A stretch of DNA of 64,000 bases, taken from the NCBI GenBank assembly GCA_965178125.1, contig OZ237768.1:248001-312000 (forward strand). The letters run 5' to 3'. Of this stretch, positions 62,041 through 64,000 are shown in pieces. A model generated the notes under the pieces. That model had not been told where the DNA came from, made no database searches, and worked only from the letters and a program-made list of their open reading frames with translations. Made by a program: the position numbers and the translations under genes. This DNA is from Bilabrum cf. latius (lineage: Eukaryota). Position 1 is the stretch's first letter. The number at the start of each line of letters is the position of its first letter.

Positions 62041-64000
62041 TCACGGTCGGCACCCGTTCGTGTTGCCTTCCTCCACGACCTCCCAGTCCTGCGCATCCTT
62101 GGAGGAGAAATCGGTCAGCGACTGCCCCTGCGCCCCCTCCGAGCACATGGTGTTGCCGAGCAGCTTGTTGTGGACGGGGGTGCAGTACTTGTCGTCCAGC
62201 ACTCCGGAGAGGAAGGGGAATGATTCTCTCCACGCGGGCTTGCTCGCTTGCTCTGCGAGGGTCTGGTTGTCCTCCCCGTGGCAGCTCGACTTCTGCCAGC
62301 CGAGCCCTCGGTCATCAATGTGAATCGCGACCGCCTTGGTGCGATTGAGGGCGAAATAGTTGCCTTTCACTGTGGTATTGCGGCCACCGCCGATGAACAC
62401 GCCCTTGTTGCAATCGATAAACGTGTTGTTTTCGATCGTCCACCAAGACATCTCGCTGCGAAAGGGGGATAGGCGGGGGGGAGGAGAGGGGGGGTTGGAA
62501 TAGATGGGGAGAGGGGGGGGGCTAGTCGGGGGTCAATGACAGGGTCGGGGGTCTTCGACATCATACCATACCAGCAACCAGGATGAAAGCAAGGCAAAAT
62601 GTACATTGAGTGGAGTTCAACCTTGCGCCATTCGCACTACGACAAAATTGTACCGATCCATGACAAACAAAGGATGCAACCCCCCGTTGTCTCACTCGTC
62701 CAGGTAGATGGCCTGCACCGACGGATAGCCGAGGGCCACCGGCTCCGTGTTGTAGATCCTGCGGAACGTGTTACCTACAAGGCTCGAGTTGGGGTTAATG
62801 AACGCCTCGCCCTTCTATCCACAGGTGTAGAACGCGCCTGAGTCCGACACTTCCCAGCTTACTGCGAGGGTAGGAAGGCAAGCTAAAGGCACGGGATCTA
62901 GGAGAGGTTGTCCGTCGAGCAGCACTGGGCAAGCAGTTCGATGGTGCAGTAGTCAGCAACAGCACAACAACAGGCAGATTAACACACTTTGTAGGACCGA
63001 TGCCCGCCGTCCAATGAAGCTGCTCTCATGACCGAATGAAACAGCTGTCTCTCACGGTCTTCGATCAGGTTGCCCCGTACCACTGCGCTCACCCCAGGGA
63101 TTTCGTTCCCACCTCCCAGGATGCCCTGATGCGGCCCGTTGAACACATGGTTGTTCTCCAAAGTGACACCTACCCCGCCCCAGTGGATCCCAGGCATGTA
63201 GGTCCGCTTCCATCGGCCCATTTGGTGCGCGCTCGTGTTACGCACCACGATGCCAGACGGCGTCAGCGTGTCGAAGTCGGCTGCGGGCCCGGACACCGCC
63301 ACTGCGCTGCAGCCGACCCCGTACGCTTCCGATGAGTCCACGACGGTGCCCCGAGACCCCTCGATGGAGATTCCTTTGCGACCGTGCAGGGAGGCCACCA
63401 CGTTCTTCACACCGATGTTGGTGCAGTTGCCTTCCGTGCAGTTGACGCCGGATCCCATGGAGGACTCGAGCACGAGGCCATCGAACTGCACGTTGCTGGT
63501 GCCGGGACCCAGCTCAAACACATTCGCAGATACGCCAAAATATGCGCCATCGTTCATCGTGCGGCCGCTCACGCCCCGACGCCCGGCGAGCTTGGGAGCA
63601 GCTGCTCGCTGCTCCTCCGAGTTGCCGTCGAACCGCTCCAAATCGGACTGGGAGGGAGGGTAGAAGTACAGCGTGAGATCCGGGTCGGCTGTGTCGACGT
63701 ACCATTCCCCTGGGGCGTCGAGCTCCGACAGGAGGTTGATCCCGATGAAGCGAGCATTCTTTTTCCAGGCGGCCGGCCTCGTGCTGCTCGAGATGTTGAC
63801 GAGCGCTCCGCCGCTAGGAAGCGGCGAGATCGCGGAAATCTGCTCGTACTCGTCCGCCCAATCTACATGAACGTAGCCGTGGATCCAGGGGTCGTTTTCT
63901 TTTGCCCAGTTCAACGGACGGCTGTCGGTCGTGTTGAACCACGCAGACGTGCCGCCATCAGCGTGCGAGAACATCCAGGAGCCGTTCGCGGCAATGTTGG
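62041..64000 (-). CDS. Right-handed parallel beta-helix carbohydrate-active enzyme (GH141-like), 5'-partial
   Basis: Exons >64000-63056, 62861-62696 and 62455-62041 with GTGAG...GCAG introns. Motifs LLSELDAPGEWYVD, LYFYPP, RWKRTYMPGI, NGPHQGI, DSGAFYTCG*, AIYLDDEMS (spans an intron) and FIGGGRN. TAG at 62817-62815; stop is TGA at 62043-62041. Confidence 0.85.

Noticed and set aside
1-64000. Pyrrolysine or selenocysteine recoding, or phage-type code 15
   Set aside because: TAG is abundant, occurs in tandem and sits in Gln repeats. TGA is the terminator. Spliceosomal introns and DRC10/PCIF1 indicate a eukaryotic nucleus.
1-64000. Standard ciliate code (TAA and TAG both Gln, table 6)
   Set aside because: Only one in-frame TAA was found against well over a hundred TAG, although CAA and other A-ending codons are common. 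Disfavoured, but not formally excluded.
1-64000. tRNA (including a suppressor tRNA-CUA) or rRNA genes
   Set aside because: No cloverleaf or rRNA-like sequence was recognised by eye in the short intergenic regions; tRNAscan-SE was not run.

Overview
Gene-dense, intron-poor nuclear DNA of a flagellated eukaryote (a protist; GT-AG introns mostly about 90-310 nt, and a DRC10/IQCD-like axonemal gene). The dominant signal is a non-standard genetic code. TAG is a frequent sense codon, almost certainly Gln. All ten genes whose 3' end is visible terminate in TGA. In-frame TAA is virtually absent (one case, inside a sulfatase), so UAG and UAA appear to be decoupled. Once TAG is read through, the fragmented ORF track collapses into about 11 coherent genes: an MGC-acylated protein (partial), a DUF579/GXM-like type II membrane protein, a 1846-aa low-complexity protein with an RG tract, a mitochondrial-type SDR, an F-box/LRR-like protein, a family S1 sulfatase, an ankyrin protein, a giant ~11,600-aa surface protein encoded almost entirely by one ~34.8-kb exon (Ig/IPT-TIG-like array, Cys-rich GCC2/GCC3-like repeats, multipass membrane domain, coiled coil), DRC10-like, PCIF1/CAPAM, and a partial beta-helix (GH141-like) enzyme. 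All family assignments come from motif recognition by eye; no database searches were run.
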